Part shown: piece by piece, positions 18,379-28,007 of the stretch | Numbering within the stretch: position 1 is the stretch's first letter | Layout of the letters: every line of letters begins with the position of its first letter | DNA from: Alphaproteobacteria bacterium | GTDB taxonomy: Bacteria > Pseudomonadota > Alphaproteobacteria > Rs-D84 | DNA length: 53,083 nt | NCBI GenBank assembly: GCA_031549365.1 | Contig: JAVBPX010000014.1 | Location: 1 to 53,083, forward strand | Direction: 5' to 3' | Position numbers and translations under genes: made by a program | Notes under the pieces: generated by a model | Told to the model about the DNA's origin: nothing | The model's input: the letters and a program-made list of their open reading frames with translations, nothing else | Database searches by the model: none

Positions 18379-19097
18379 TTTGTCCAATCATTGTCGGGAT
18401 AATTTTTGCGTAAAATTTCGCTATACACCTGAACCTGATCCGAAACTCCCAATGCGCCATAACACTCTGTCATGCGGTATAACGCTTCTGGCACCATCTG
18501 TGTTTCTTGACCATCGCGCAAAATTCTCTGCAATTCCATAATGGCGGCTGTATAATTTTGAACCGCAATTTCACGACGCGCAGTATATAATGCCTTGCCA
18601 GCCAAATTATTTTTCAAAATCAAAATTTTGTTTTTGGAATTTTTTGCATAATCTGTATTTGGGAAACGCTTGGTCAAATCGGTAAATGTGGCCAATGCAT
18701 ACGCCGCCATCCCTTGTTCACGATGAACATCACTCATCTGATCCATATAACTCATCCCGCGCAAATATAAAACGTATGGAACATCCTCGTGCCCTGGATG
18801 AAAACGTAAAAACCTGTCTGTGATTGTTAGCGTTCCGACATAATCCCTCTCCATATAAGCAGCATAAGACGCATTAATCAAAGCATTCGCCGCCCAAGGC
18901 GACGCAGGATAATGTTGTTCAACTTCTTCAAATTTAACAATCGCCTCGCGGTAACTTCTTTTTTTCAAACTTTTCTGAGCATCAGCATACATTTCTTCCA
19001 ATGGGCGACTGTCATCAATAACATCCTTGGACGAACTGGAACAGCCATAAACCATAACCACCGCCATCAAAACCAATAAAATTCTTTTCATAACCAT
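18354..19097 (-). CDS. bamD: Outer membrane protein assembly lipoprotein BamD
   Basis: Lipobox VYGC, TPR-like helices, HYPASPWA, FHPGH..YVLYLRG, RFPNTDYA. Confidence 0.9.
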   Translation of the reverse strand: MVMKRILLVLMAVVMVYGCSSSSKDVIDDSRPLEEMYADAQKSLKKRSYREAIVKFEEVEQHYPASPWAANALINASYAAYMERDYVGTLTITDRFLRFHPGHEDVPYVLYLRGMSYMDQMSDVHREQGMAAYALATFTDLTKRFPNTDYAKNSKNKILILKNNLAGKALYTARREIAVQNYTAAIMELQRILRDGQETQMVPEALYRMTECYGALGVSDQVQVYSEILRKNYPDNDWTKKLMKIAI

Positions 19098-19109
19098 TCC
19101 TTTTTCCTT

Positions 19110-19248
19110 ATGTCATTCCGGCCCAGACCGATATCCAAATCATATTTTCCTTATGTCATCCGAACACATCGGGCCCCAACGAAATTTTATTTCGTTGGGT
19201 GATCTAGGCCGGGATCCAATCAAATAAAAACGTTGCGTCAGCAACACC
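19110..19248. repeat. GTCAT-type palindromic repeat modules
   Basis: tgtcattccgg.., tgtcatccg..ccgggatcca, inner hairpin cccaacgaaat/atttcgttggg, and aaacgttgcg.cagcaac (also ~460 and ~32605). Confidence 0.7.
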
Positions 19249-19347
19249 TTATTACCTCAATCAACCAATCCCAACGCGATATAATTGACTTTTACTCTAA
19301 ATCTGACATATAATAGCCCACATTGAAAACAAAAACCAAGCAAAAAA

Positions 19348-20835
19348 ATGTCATCACTATCAAATTCTTTCATGAAAGTAGGGGCGCTGACAGGCATCAG
19401 CCGCATTTTCGGATTTATCCGCGATATGTTAATCGCAAACGTATTGGGCGCAGGCCGCCTGTCTGACATTTTTTTCATGGCCTTTAAAATTCCAAATCTA
19501 TTTCGCAATTTACTGGCCGAAGGTGCCTTGCAAGTGGCCTTTGTGCCAATGTTCACCGAACACCGCGATGATAAAAAAACATCGACTGAATTTTCCAGCA
19601 ACGCATTTTCTTGGCTAATGTGCTTGCTTCTATTCATAACCTTGGCGGCCGAAATCGCCATGCCATTTATAATAATGTTATTCGCACCGGGATTTGCATC
19701 CGACCCTGAAAAATTGGAAATGACAATCTGGCTATCCCGAATAATGTTTTTATATTTATTTTTTATCTCAGGCACAGCATTTTTAACGTGTATTTTGAAC
19801 GCGTTTTCCGAATTTGCATTAACAACAGCCATGCCAATTGTTTTAAATACTTTCATGATAATTGGATTACTGATTGCAAAACATTCCGGATATGATCAAT
19901 TAAATATACTGTCATGGGCGGTGGTATTGTCTGGCATTGTCCAAATGGGAATTTTATTTTACCGAATAAAAAAACGCAAAATGGGCCTCCATATTATCCG
20001 TCCAAAACTAACACCTCGCATTAAAACTCTGTTCAAACGTATGATTCCTGGATTTATCGGCACAGGCGCATATCATATCAATATTTTGGCTGGATCAATG
20101 ATCGCTTCATTCCAGGACGGTGCCGTATCCTGGCTATACTATGCTGACCGCATGGTCCAATTGCCATTCGCAATGATTGGCCTGGCGGCGGGAACGGTAT
20201 TACTAACATCAATTTCATCATCCATGTGCCGTGGCGATATGAATGATGTTTACGACCAACAAAACTCATCCATCAAACATATATTGTTTTGGACATTGCC
20301 CGCATTGGTCGGCCTGTTGATATTAACCATCCCAATTATTAAATTATTGTTTGAACATGGGGCCTTTGACCACACCAGTACGATTAACACATCAAACGCG
20401 ATTTTCATACTTGCGTTTGTCTTACCCGCGATGAGTCTGTCGCAAATATTTTCAAACACGCTTTATGCGTCCCAGGACACAAAAACACCCGTCCACACCA
20501 GTGTAACATCCCTCTTGATTGGCATCGTCCTATCGGCGGCTCTCTTCCCAATATTTGGATTTTTATCCGTGGCGGTCGGCACCATGGTCGGCGGCTGGGT
20601 AAAACTGCTAACCCTGATTTACCACTGTTATAAACGCAAACTATTTAAATTATTTCCACGCACAATCCGAACATGTTCACTGTTTACAATTATTGCAATT
20701 ACAATGGGCTTTATGCTGGCATTCGCAAACAAATTCGGCCTGACATCTAATTTATTTGGCCTGTTTGGGACAATTGCTGTCGCGGGCCTATTCTATCTCG
20801 GCACCAATAAATTATTACTCAAATTCATAAAATAA
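19348..20835 (+). CDS. murJ: Lipid II flippase MurJ
   Basis: SRIFGFIRD, AFKIPNLFRNLLAEG, LYYADRMVQLP, multiple TM segments. Confidence 0.95.
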   Translation: MSSLSNSFMKVGALTGISRIFGFIRDMLIANVLGAGRLSDIFFMAFKIPNLFRNLLAEGALQVAFVPMFTEHRDDKKTSTEFSSNAFSWLMCLLLFITLAAEIAMPFIIMLFAPGFASDPEKLEMTIWLSRIMFLYLFFISGTAFLTCILNAFSEFALTTAMPIVLNTFMIIGLLIAKHSGYDQLNILSWAVVLSGIVQMGILFYRIKKRKMGLHIIRPKLTPRIKTLFKRMIPGFIGTGAYHINILAGSMIASFQDGAVSWLYYADRMVQLPFAMIGLAAGTVLLTSISSSMCRGDMNDVYDQQNSSIKHILFWTLPALVGLLILTIPIIKLLFEHGAFDHTSTINTSNAIFILAFVLPAMSLSQIFSNTLYASQDTKTPVHTSVTSLLIGIVLSAALFPIFGFLSVAVGTMVGGWVKLLTLIYHCYKRKLFKLFPRTIRTCSLFTIIAITMGFMLAFANKFGLTSNLFGLFGTIAVAGLFYLGTNKLLLKFIK

Positions 20836-20988
20836 ATTTATTTGTCATTGCGAAGAATTACGACTCCGTGATAATCATTGCAATTAAAAACTTTCGTTCA
20901 TCGCGAACCCCTGGCCTATATACGAACTTGTATTCCACCCAAAAATATGATACAATCCCCCCATACAAAACCGACATAAGGATTCACC

Positions 20989-22065
20989 ATGCTGCACCTC
21001 CTCAAAAACACCCTGGACTTACCATTTATGAACTATCTTTCGATCCAATTCGGCATATCATTTGGGATTTCATTTTTAATAATGTTGCTGTTCGGCAACA
21101 CCTTTATTAATTGGACCCGTAAATGGCAAAAACGTGGACAACCAATCCGCGACGATGGCCCACAAACCCATTTGGCCAAGGCCGGAACTCCAACCATGGG
21201 CGGCATTTTAATTGTGGCGTCAATCTTGGCCTCATCATTAATCGCAATGGATTATTCGAACCCATTTCCATGGATCGCATTGGGCGTCATGACGGCATTT
21301 GCCATGCTGGGTTTCGCCGACGATTGGGGCAAGGTTTATAAACAATCCGCCTACAAAGGATTACGTGCCAGAACCCGTTTAATTATCGAAGGTTTCGTTG
21401 CCATCGGCGCTGCATTTGCCATCGATTCTTTTATGCCCGCATCAATCGCGCCAACATCGATTTACTTACCAATATTTAACGATGTTATAATTCCACTCGG
21501 CCTCTTTTATTTTGTATTTGCATTTTTTGTAATCGGAGGAACAGCAAACGCAACAAATATCACAGATGGTTTGGACGGAATGCTATCAAAAATTTATTTA
21601 ACAGTAATGTTTGTAATGCTGGTCGTAACTTTATCTGTTGCGCGCCTGGATTTGGCTTCATATATGACGGGCCCGTATATCCCAGATGCCACAGGACTAA
21701 TACCTGTAATTGGGGCAACAATTGGCGCAGTTTTGGGCTTTTTGTGGTTTAATTCAAAACCAGCACAAATTTTCATGGGCGACGTTGGTTCATTGGCATT
21801 GGGCGGATTATTAGGAACAATTGCAATGATAACCAAACACGAAATCATCATGGGCATCGCCGCCGGCATGATGGTATTAATATTGATGTCATCATTTTTA
21901 CAAATTTATTATTTTAAATTCACTGGTGGGAAACGCTTGTTTAAAATGGCGCCACTCCACCATCACTTTGAACAATTGGGTTGGGCAGAAACCAAGGTTG
22001 TAACCCGTTTCTGGATTATATCAATCTTGTTCTGCTGCCTCGCCCTCGCACTGTTAAAGGCCTAA
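20989..22065 (+). CDS. mraY: Phospho-N-acetylmuramoyl-pentapeptide transferase
   Basis: KAGTPTMGG, GFADD, NATNITDGLDG, IFMGDVGS, MAPLHHHFE. Confidence 0.97.
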   Translation: MLHLLKNTLDLPFMNYLSIQFGISFGISFLIMLLFGNTFINWTRKWQKRGQPIRDDGPQTHLAKAGTPTMGGILIVASILASSLIAMDYSNPFPWIALGVMTAFAMLGFADDWGKVYKQSAYKGLRARTRLIIEGFVAIGAAFAIDSFMPASIAPTSIYLPIFNDVIIPLGLFYFVFAFFVIGGTANATNITDGLDGMLSKIYLTVMFVMLVVTLSVARLDLASYMTGPYIPDATGLIPVIGATIGAVLGFLWFNSKPAQIFMGDVGSLALGGLLGTIAMITKHEIIMGIAAGMMVLILMSSFLQIYYFKFTGGKRLFKMAPLHHHFEQLGWAETKVVTRFWIISILFCCLALALLKA

Positions 22066-22068
22066 TAC

Positions 22069-23268
22069 ATGTCGTACTTCCGCCGTTCGGATAATTCGCA
22101 ACTTGCCCAGTGGTACTTTCAAATCGACCGCTCGCTACTTGTCGCAGTATTCATCCTAATCGCTGTCGGAATTTTAACTATGATATCTGCGGGACCATAC
22201 GCTGCCCGTCGAATTGGGGCCCCAACATTTTTCTTTCTGCATAAATTTATTTTGCCTTGCATTGTCGGAATATGCGCAATGTTTTTCTTCTCATTTTTGA
22301 ATAAAAAATGGATAAAAATTTTGTCTGTTGCCGGCGTCGCAGTCTGCTTGATACTATTGATCGGAACTATGATAATGCCCACAACAATCAAGGGCTCAAA
22401 ACGTTGGCTCAACGTTGGATTCATGATGTTGCAACCGTCTGAAATTTTGAAACCATTCTGGATAATTGTATCTGCCATGTTTTTCAGTTGGATGCAAAAA
22501 AAATCTCCCGGCGCTTTTTTTGCACCTATATTAAAAAATCCTGCATTGGGTCGCGCATGGTTGCTTTTCGGATCAATATTCTTATTAATTCTTTTGATAC
22601 TTTTACGCCAACCTGATTTGGGCATGACAATGATATATATGGCAATGTTTGGATCAATGTTGTTCCTGGCGGGCACTTCTAAAAAATCAGTCGGCGTTGT
22701 AATGGCCGGCGTCGGGGCAGTATTTGCAATCGCATTTTTAACTTTATCCCACGTTCGCCACCGCACATTATCGTTCTTTGGAGTATCTGGCGCCACCGCA
22801 GATAACTACCAAATAACCCAGGCCCTGGATTCAATCCGCCACGGCGGACTCTTCGGTCAGGCCGGCGACGGATTTATAAAAACATACCTACCCGACAGTC
22901 ATACAGATTTTGTATTGGCCACCCTGGTCGAAGATTGGGGTGTTCTTGTTGGCATTATAATACTCGGAATTTATTTTTATATAATCTGGAAAATTTTATC
23001 ACATATGCGCAATATCCAAGATTCCACAACCATAATTGCAGTCGGGGGCATAGCAACCCTTTTCGGATGTCAAACAATTGTAAACGTTGCAACGACATTA
23101 CATTTAATCCCGCCCAAAGGTATGACTCTCCCATTCATTTCATATGGCGGAACATCGTTTATTTCATTCTGTATTTTGTTTGGAATTTTGTTGGCATTAC
23201 TCCGCGCCGATCGCCAAGATTTCATTAATAAAAAACCCGGGGACGAAAATGACTCAATCTGGAACTAA
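22069..23268 (+). CDS. ftsW: SEDS peptidoglycan glycosyltransferase FtsW
   Basis: GSKRW, QPSEILK, QPDLG, LPDSHTDF, KGMTLPFISYGG; lies between mraY and murG. Confidence 0.93.
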   Translation: MSYFRRSDNSQLAQWYFQIDRSLLVAVFILIAVGILTMISAGPYAARRIGAPTFFFLHKFILPCIVGICAMFFFSFLNKKWIKILSVAGVAVCLILLIGTMIMPTTIKGSKRWLNVGFMMLQPSEILKPFWIIVSAMFFSWMQKKSPGAFFAPILKNPALGRAWLLFGSIFLLILLILLRQPDLGMTMIYMAMFGSMLFLAGTSKKSVGVVMAGVGAVFAIAFLTLSHVRHRTLSFFGVSGATADNYQITQALDSIRHGGLFGQAGDGFIKTYLPDSHTDFVLATLVEDWGVLVGIIILGIYFYIIWKILSHMRNIQDSTTIIAVGGIATLFGCQTIVNVATTLHLIPPKGMTLPFISYGGTSFISFCILFGILLALLRADRQDFINKKPGDENDSIWN

Positions 23269-23308
23269 CAAAAAAACAAAAATTTGGCTAGCGACTGGTG
23301 GAGCATAA
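23249..23308 (+). pseudogene. Truncated duplicate of the murG 5' end (MTQSGTNKKTKIWLATGGA*)
   Basis: 23267-23301 matches 23430-23464 at 34 of 35 nt; overlaps the ftsW stop. Confidence 0.8.
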
Positions 23309-23423
23309 AATGAATGTTAATAACATTCGTTTTTGCGAAATAGCACGTCCATCCTGGCGAGCAAAGCGATGACAGATGGCAGGTGCGTTGACCACCAACA
23401 AAACATAAAATACAGAGGGCAAA

Positions 23424-24515
23424 ATGAAAAACAAAAAAACAAAAATTTGGCTAGCAACTGGTGGCACAGGCGGACATATATTCCCAGCCATGTCTGTTGC
23501 CCACGAATTAAAAAAACATAACGTTGAACTAATCGTGTCAACCGATAAACGAGGCCGCGATTTGGTCAAAAAATCAATGCCCGAAAAAACTGAACTGGTA
23601 ACGGTATGGGCATCCGGCATTATGAACAAATCAATCTTTTCAAAAATCCGCGCTTTGATTCTTATCGGACTATCCACAGCAGCACTAGCAATCCGCTTTT
23701 TATTCTTGCGCCCAAAAATCATCGTCGCATTTGGCGGATACGCATCAATCCCAGTCGTCTTGGCGGGACGTGTCTATAAAATTCCAACATTACTGCACGA
23801 ACAAAACGCCCACGTTGGCCGCGCAAATTACTTATCAATGCGCTATTGCAAATTGGTAATGACTTCATTTAAATCCGTAAAAAATTTACGTCCCGGGGCA
23901 AAGACTGCATACACCGGCCTACCCGTTCGTAATGAATTCAATATGGCGTCCCAATATCCTTATAATTTCGAAAAAAATGGCAACATAAATATCCTGGTAA
24001 CCGGCGGCAGCTTGGGCGCAAAAATCCTCCTCGACACTGTGCCTCCTGCAATTGCAACATTGCCTGATTCTATAAAAAAACGCATCCGCCTAACACAACA
24101 GGTTTCATCCGAACACATAAACGGACTGCGCAAATTCTATGAAAAAAATGATATCCGCGCGGCACTGGTTCCATTCATTAATGATATGGCCGACCAAATG
24201 GCAAAATCACACCTGATTATTGGTCGATCTGGCGCATCAACCCTGGTTGAAATTATGACTGTTGGCCGTCCAGCAATCCTGGTTCCACTAATGATAAATC
24301 CGGACCAATTGGCAAATGCAAAATCCTTCGAAAAAATAGGCGGGGGAATAACGATTGAACAATCCAAATTCACGCCGAAATTTTTGGAAAAAACATTGTC
24401 AGATTTATTTTCGAATCCAACAAAAATGAACAACATGGCGAAACGTGCAAAAACAGAAAACCACGCTGTTGAAAACATAGTAAAACAAATAATCATGGCG
24501 CTGAAATATGCCTAA
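23424..24515 (+). CDS. murG: MurG glycosyltransferase
   Basis: GGTGGHIFP, FGGYAS, HEQNA, GGSLGA, GRSGAST. Confidence 0.96.
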   Translation: MKNKKTKIWLATGGTGGHIFPAMSVAHELKKHNVELIVSTDKRGRDLVKKSMPEKTELVTVWASGIMNKSIFSKIRALILIGLSTAALAIRFLFLRPKIIVAFGGYASIPVVLAGRVYKIPTLLHEQNAHVGRANYLSMRYCKLVMTSFKSVKNLRPGAKTAYTGLPVRNEFNMASQYPYNFEKNGNINILVTGGSLGAKILLDTVPPAIATLPDSIKKRIRLTQQVSSEHINGLRKFYEKNDIRAALVPFINDMADQMAKSHLIIGRSGASTLVEIMTVGRPAILVPLMINPDQLANAKSFEKIGGGITIEQSKFTPKFLEKTLSDLFSNPTKMNNMAKRAKTENHAVENIVKQIIMALKYA

Positions 24516-25401
24516 ACATATACCAGTACTTCTCGATCCAATTCTAAAATTGCTGGGCGATATAAACGGCAAAATTATAATCGACGCAACATTTGGAAAC
24601 GGCGGATATACAACAGCATTCCTAAAATCTGGGGCCACCGTGATCGCATTTGATCGTGACGAAAATGTTATTCCAACTACCGAAAAAATTAAATCAAAAT
24701 ATGGTGATAAATTCTATTTTATCGCAAAACCATTCTCGGAACTCGAAACCATATCTGATGAAACACCATTTAAATCTGTTGACGCAATCGTATTTGATTT
24801 CGGGATGTCATCAATGCAGATCGATAACGCCGAACGTGGTTTTTCATACCAATCTGATGGGCCTCTCGACATGCGCATGGGCCATAATGAAATGTCAGCC
24901 TCGGAATATCTAAACTCTGCTGACGCAAATGCCATAGCCAAAATAATAAAATTATACGGCGACGATAATCGGGCACGTTTTATTGCAAAAAAGATTGTTG
25001 AATCCCGCCCATTAAAAACAACATTTGATTTGAAAAATGCAATCGCCAGCGCAAGCTATGATCCAAAATCCATCGCCCGCGTATTCCAAGCAATCCGAAT
25101 ACACATCAACAACGAACTGGGGGAAATAGAAACAGCCTTAAATTCCGCCACAAAAATCATAAACGAAAACGGCATAATCGCAGCGGTTTCTTTCCATTCA
25201 TTAGAAGACCGCCTAACAAAACAATTCATGCGTGATATGACTACGGCACCTGGCGATCCTCGCCTGCCATCCATCGGAAATGCACCATTTAAATTGCTGA
25301 TAAAATCAGGGATCGAACCAGACGAAAATGAATTAAAAAATAATCCACGCTCTCGTTCCGCCCGCCTCCGCGCCATCCAAAAAATGACTACAAATTCTTA
25401 A
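24508..25401 (+). CDS. rsmH: 16S rRNA m4C1402 methyltransferase
   Basis: HIPVLL, DATFGNGGY, DFGMSSMQ, GPLDMRM, FHSLEDR, NPRSRSARLR. Confidence 0.96.
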   Translation: MPKHIPVLLDPILKLLGDINGKIIIDATFGNGGYTTAFLKSGATVIAFDRDENVIPTTEKIKSKYGDKFYFIAKPFSELETISDETPFKSVDAIVFDFGMSSMQIDNAERGFSYQSDGPLDMRMGHNEMSASEYLNSADANAIAKIIKLYGDDNRARFIAKKIVESRPLKTTFDLKNAIASASYDPKSIARVFQAIRIHINNELGEIETALNSATKIINENGIIAAVSFHSLEDRLTKQFMRDMTTAPGDPRLPSIGNAPFKLLIKSGIEPDENELKNNPRSRSARLRAIQKMTTNS

Positions 25402-25519
25402 CTCAAATCGTCGTTGGCAATATAATAAACTTGTTCTCATTTACGTATTATCACACATTTTTCTTGACAAAGCGTCATTAATGTATAAAACTTAAATGTC
25501 CTAACCAAGAGGACTAATC

Positions 25520-26050
25520 ATGCCAAAACAATTACTCCCAATTTTTCAATATTGGGTTGACGCAATCATCGAATTAAATCCAAATTTTGATAAACAAAAA
25601 CGCGATGCAGTAAACATTGTCGCATCCGCAGCTCACGACCACATCGTTCGCAACAATCCAACCCGCGACTATGCTCGTGTTGCAAACGACTATTTCAAAT
25701 ATACCACTGATGAAAATATTAAATCAGAAAATGACATGTCCATCCACATGCAGTGCTATTTAACTTTGGCCTATTATTTTAAATCTGACGTAACCTCTGG
25801 GATTATCAACAACGCTGGCGAAATCATTAATCCAACAAAATTGGTTAATTCAAAAATCATGAATGTTCCATTTAAACGTGAAAAAAATGGTTTGCCTTGC
25901 ATGGCTCAAAAAACCATGACTCGCGCAATTTACAATGGCCGCCAATCAACCTCTTTGGAAATGGATAAACAGGCAAAACGCGCAAAAATCAAACGCGCCT
26001 CTTTCATCCATAAAACCGTTGCCAAATTCCGCGGCAATAATGGCCTTTAA
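25520..26050 (+). CDS. Hypothetical protein
   Basis: GAGGA RBS, TTGACA promoter and downstream terminator; basic C-terminus. Confidence 0.75.
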   Translation: MPKQLLPIFQYWVDAIIELNPNFDKQKRDAVNIVASAAHDHIVRNNPTRDYARVANDYFKYTTDENIKSENDMSIHMQCYLTLAYYFKSDVTSGIINNAGEIINPTKLVNSKIMNVPFKREKNGLPCMAQKTMTRAIYNGRQSTSLEMDKQAKRAKIKRASFIHKTVAKFRGNNGL

Positions 26051-26052
26051 TC

Positions 26053-26081
26053 TAAAAATCCCCATTCTCTGGGGATTTTTA
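26053..26081. terminator. Intrinsic terminator
   Basis: taaaaatcccca / tggggattttta. Confidence 0.75.
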
Positions 26082-26184
26082 AATTTCCCCTTGATTTCTC
26101 ATTAAAAATGTTTCAAAATACGCGCTGAAACAACCCTAATTGGCTAAATGGCATGCCTCATGGGTTAAACAACAGGAGTTGAAA

Positions 26185-26388
26185 ATGCCAAAATTAAAAA
26201 CAAAATCCGCGGTCAAGAAACGCTTTTCTTTGACAGCTACCGGTAAAATTAAAACCGGTCGCACAGGACATAATCACTTTATGCGCAAACGCTCGAAACG
26301 TTCTAACGTTGATGCCCGTCAGGCTCAATATCTGGACGAAACGAAAGTAAAACAAGTTAAAAAACTGATCCCATACGGATTGGCATAA
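26185..26388 (+). CDS. rpmI: 50S ribosomal protein L35
   Basis: MPKLKTKSAVKKRFSLTATGK; AGGAG RBS. Confidence 0.96.
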   Translation: MPKLKTKSAVKKRFSLTATGKIKTGRTGHNHFMRKRSKRSNVDARQAQYLDETKVKQVKKLIPYGLA

Positions 26389-26399
26389 AGGAGTGAATT

Positions 26400-26783
26400 A
26401 TGGCAAGAGTAAAACGCGGTACAACCGTAAACGCAAAACATAAAAAAGTTTTGGAACGTGCATCCGGCTTTCGTGGTCGTAATCACACAGCATATAAAAT
26501 CGCCCGCGAACGCGTGGAAAAGGCTGGACAATACGCCTACCGCGACCGCAAGGTACGTAAACGTAACTTCCGCGCATTGTGGATTCAACGTATCAACGCC
26601 GGTGTTCGTTTACATGGATTGACATATTCACAATTCATGAACGGCTTGAAAAAGGCTAATATTGAATTGGATCGCAAAGTTATGGCTGAAATGGCATACC
26701 ACAACGACCCAGCATTCGAAGCATTAATTGCTTCTGCAAAACGATTTATCACTGATGTAAAAACAACTGCTTCGGTGGCGTAA
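26400..26783 (+). CDS. rplT: 50S ribosomal protein L20
   Basis: [28 protein letters not shown]. Confidence 0.97.
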   Translation: MARVKRGTTVNAKHKKVLERASGFRGRNHTAYKIARERVEKAGQYAYRDRKVRKRNFRALWIQRINAGVRLHGLTYSQFMNGLKKANIELDRKVMAEMAYHNDPAFEALIASAKRFITDVKTTASVA

Positions 26784-26808
26784 TCAACGCGCATGCAAAA
26801 ATGAAATT

Positions 26809-26832
26809 GGCCACCAAATCGGTGGCTTTTTT
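26809..26832 (+). terminator. Intrinsic terminator after rplT
   Basis: ggccacc/ggtggct stem plus T-run. Confidence 0.75.
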
Positions 26833-26869
26833 CATACAATTATGGTATAATACGCGCGTAAAATAATAA

Positions 26870-26935
26870 TTGCCATTCCAGCGTCGGCTGGAATCCAGTC
26901 TAATAAAACCCAGTCGCCTCGCGACACAATATTGG
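26870..26935. repeat. Palindromic repeat module in the pheS leader
   Basis: cattccagc..gctggaatccag followed by gtcgcctcgcgacac(a)atattg, as at ~10225. Confidence 0.65.
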
Positions 26936-26942
26936 AACAAAC

Positions 26943-27980
26943 ATGCAAAAATACATAGATCAAATAAATAACGCCAAAACTCTGGATGAAATTGATTCCA
27001 TTCGCATTGAATTAATGGGCAAACGCGGCGTTTTAACGGAACAGTTAAAAAACCTCTCTGCGCTACCTGAATCCGAACGCAAATCCGCAGGCTCCGAATT
27101 AAATAAATTGCGCGACCAAATTACAACAACGCTCGATGAAAAACGCGCAACTTTGGAACACGCAGCAATCATGGCCGGGTTGGAACCACAGAAAATCGAT
27201 GTAACCCTGCCCGCATCAACGTCAAATACAAACGGAAAACTGCATCCATTAACCCATTCCATGATGGAAGCAACAACAATCATGTCATCACTTGGCTTTA
27301 AATTATGCCATGGTCCCGATATCGAAGACGACTTTCATAATTTCACAGCCCTAAACACACCATTACACCACCCTGCTCGCGATATGCAGGATACATTTTT
27401 TCTGGATGCCGATCACATGATGCGCACTCAAACATCAGCCATTCAAATCCGCGCCATGGAACAATTGGGGACACCAATCCGTGTGTTTGGATTGGGCCGT
27501 AATTATCGTCGTGAAATTGACGCCACCCACACACCAATGTTTCACCAGATGGAGGGTCTACACATCGGAACAAATATAACCATGGCCGACATGATTGGCA
27601 CCATTAAAACATTTATTGAAAAATATTTTGACTTATCTGACGTACCAATGCGAATACGTCCCAGCTATTTTCCATTCACCGAACCATCGGTCGAAGTTGA
27701 CATCCGCTGGGATAAAAAATCCGGCGTACTTGGATCTGGCAATGACTGGCTTGAAATCGCAGGCGCCGGTATGGTGCATCCAAATGTATTGCGCTCTGTA
27801 AACGTCGATTCTGATAAATTCCAAGGCTATGCATTCGGGTTCGGCTGGGACCGCATGACCATGTTGAAATACGGCATCCCAGACATCCGGAATTTTTTCC
27901 GCGGCGACATACGCTGGTTAAACCACTATGGATTTGATATTTCATCAACTCCATCTTTAATCGAAGGGCTCGACGACTAA
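26943..27980 (+). CDS. pheS: Phenylalanyl-tRNA synthetase alpha subunit
   Basis: HPARDMQDTF, RTQTS, THTPMFHQMEG, YFPFTEPS, GAGMVHP. Confidence 0.97.
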   Translation: MQKYIDQINNAKTLDEIDSIRIELMGKRGVLTEQLKNLSALPESERKSAGSELNKLRDQITTTLDEKRATLEHAAIMAGLEPQKIDVTLPASTSNTNGKLHPLTHSMMEATTIMSSLGFKLCHGPDIEDDFHNFTALNTPLHHPARDMQDTFFLDADHMMRTQTSAIQIRAMEQLGTPIRVFGLGRNYRREIDATHTPMFHQMEGLHIGTNITMADMIGTIKTFIEKYFDLSDVPMRIRPSYFPFTEPSVEVDIRWDKKSGVLGSGNDWLEIAGAGMVHPNVLRSVNVDSDKFQGYAFGFGWDRMTMLKYGIPDIRNFFRGDIRWLNHYGFDISSTPSLIEGLDD

Positions 27981-28007
27981 TAAAACAAAAACGACAAAGG
28001 CAAAAAA

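Noticed and set aside
23288-23722. ORFs spanning the ftsW-murG spacer
   Set aside because: They read through the hairpin insert and antisense murG; no protein-like signal.
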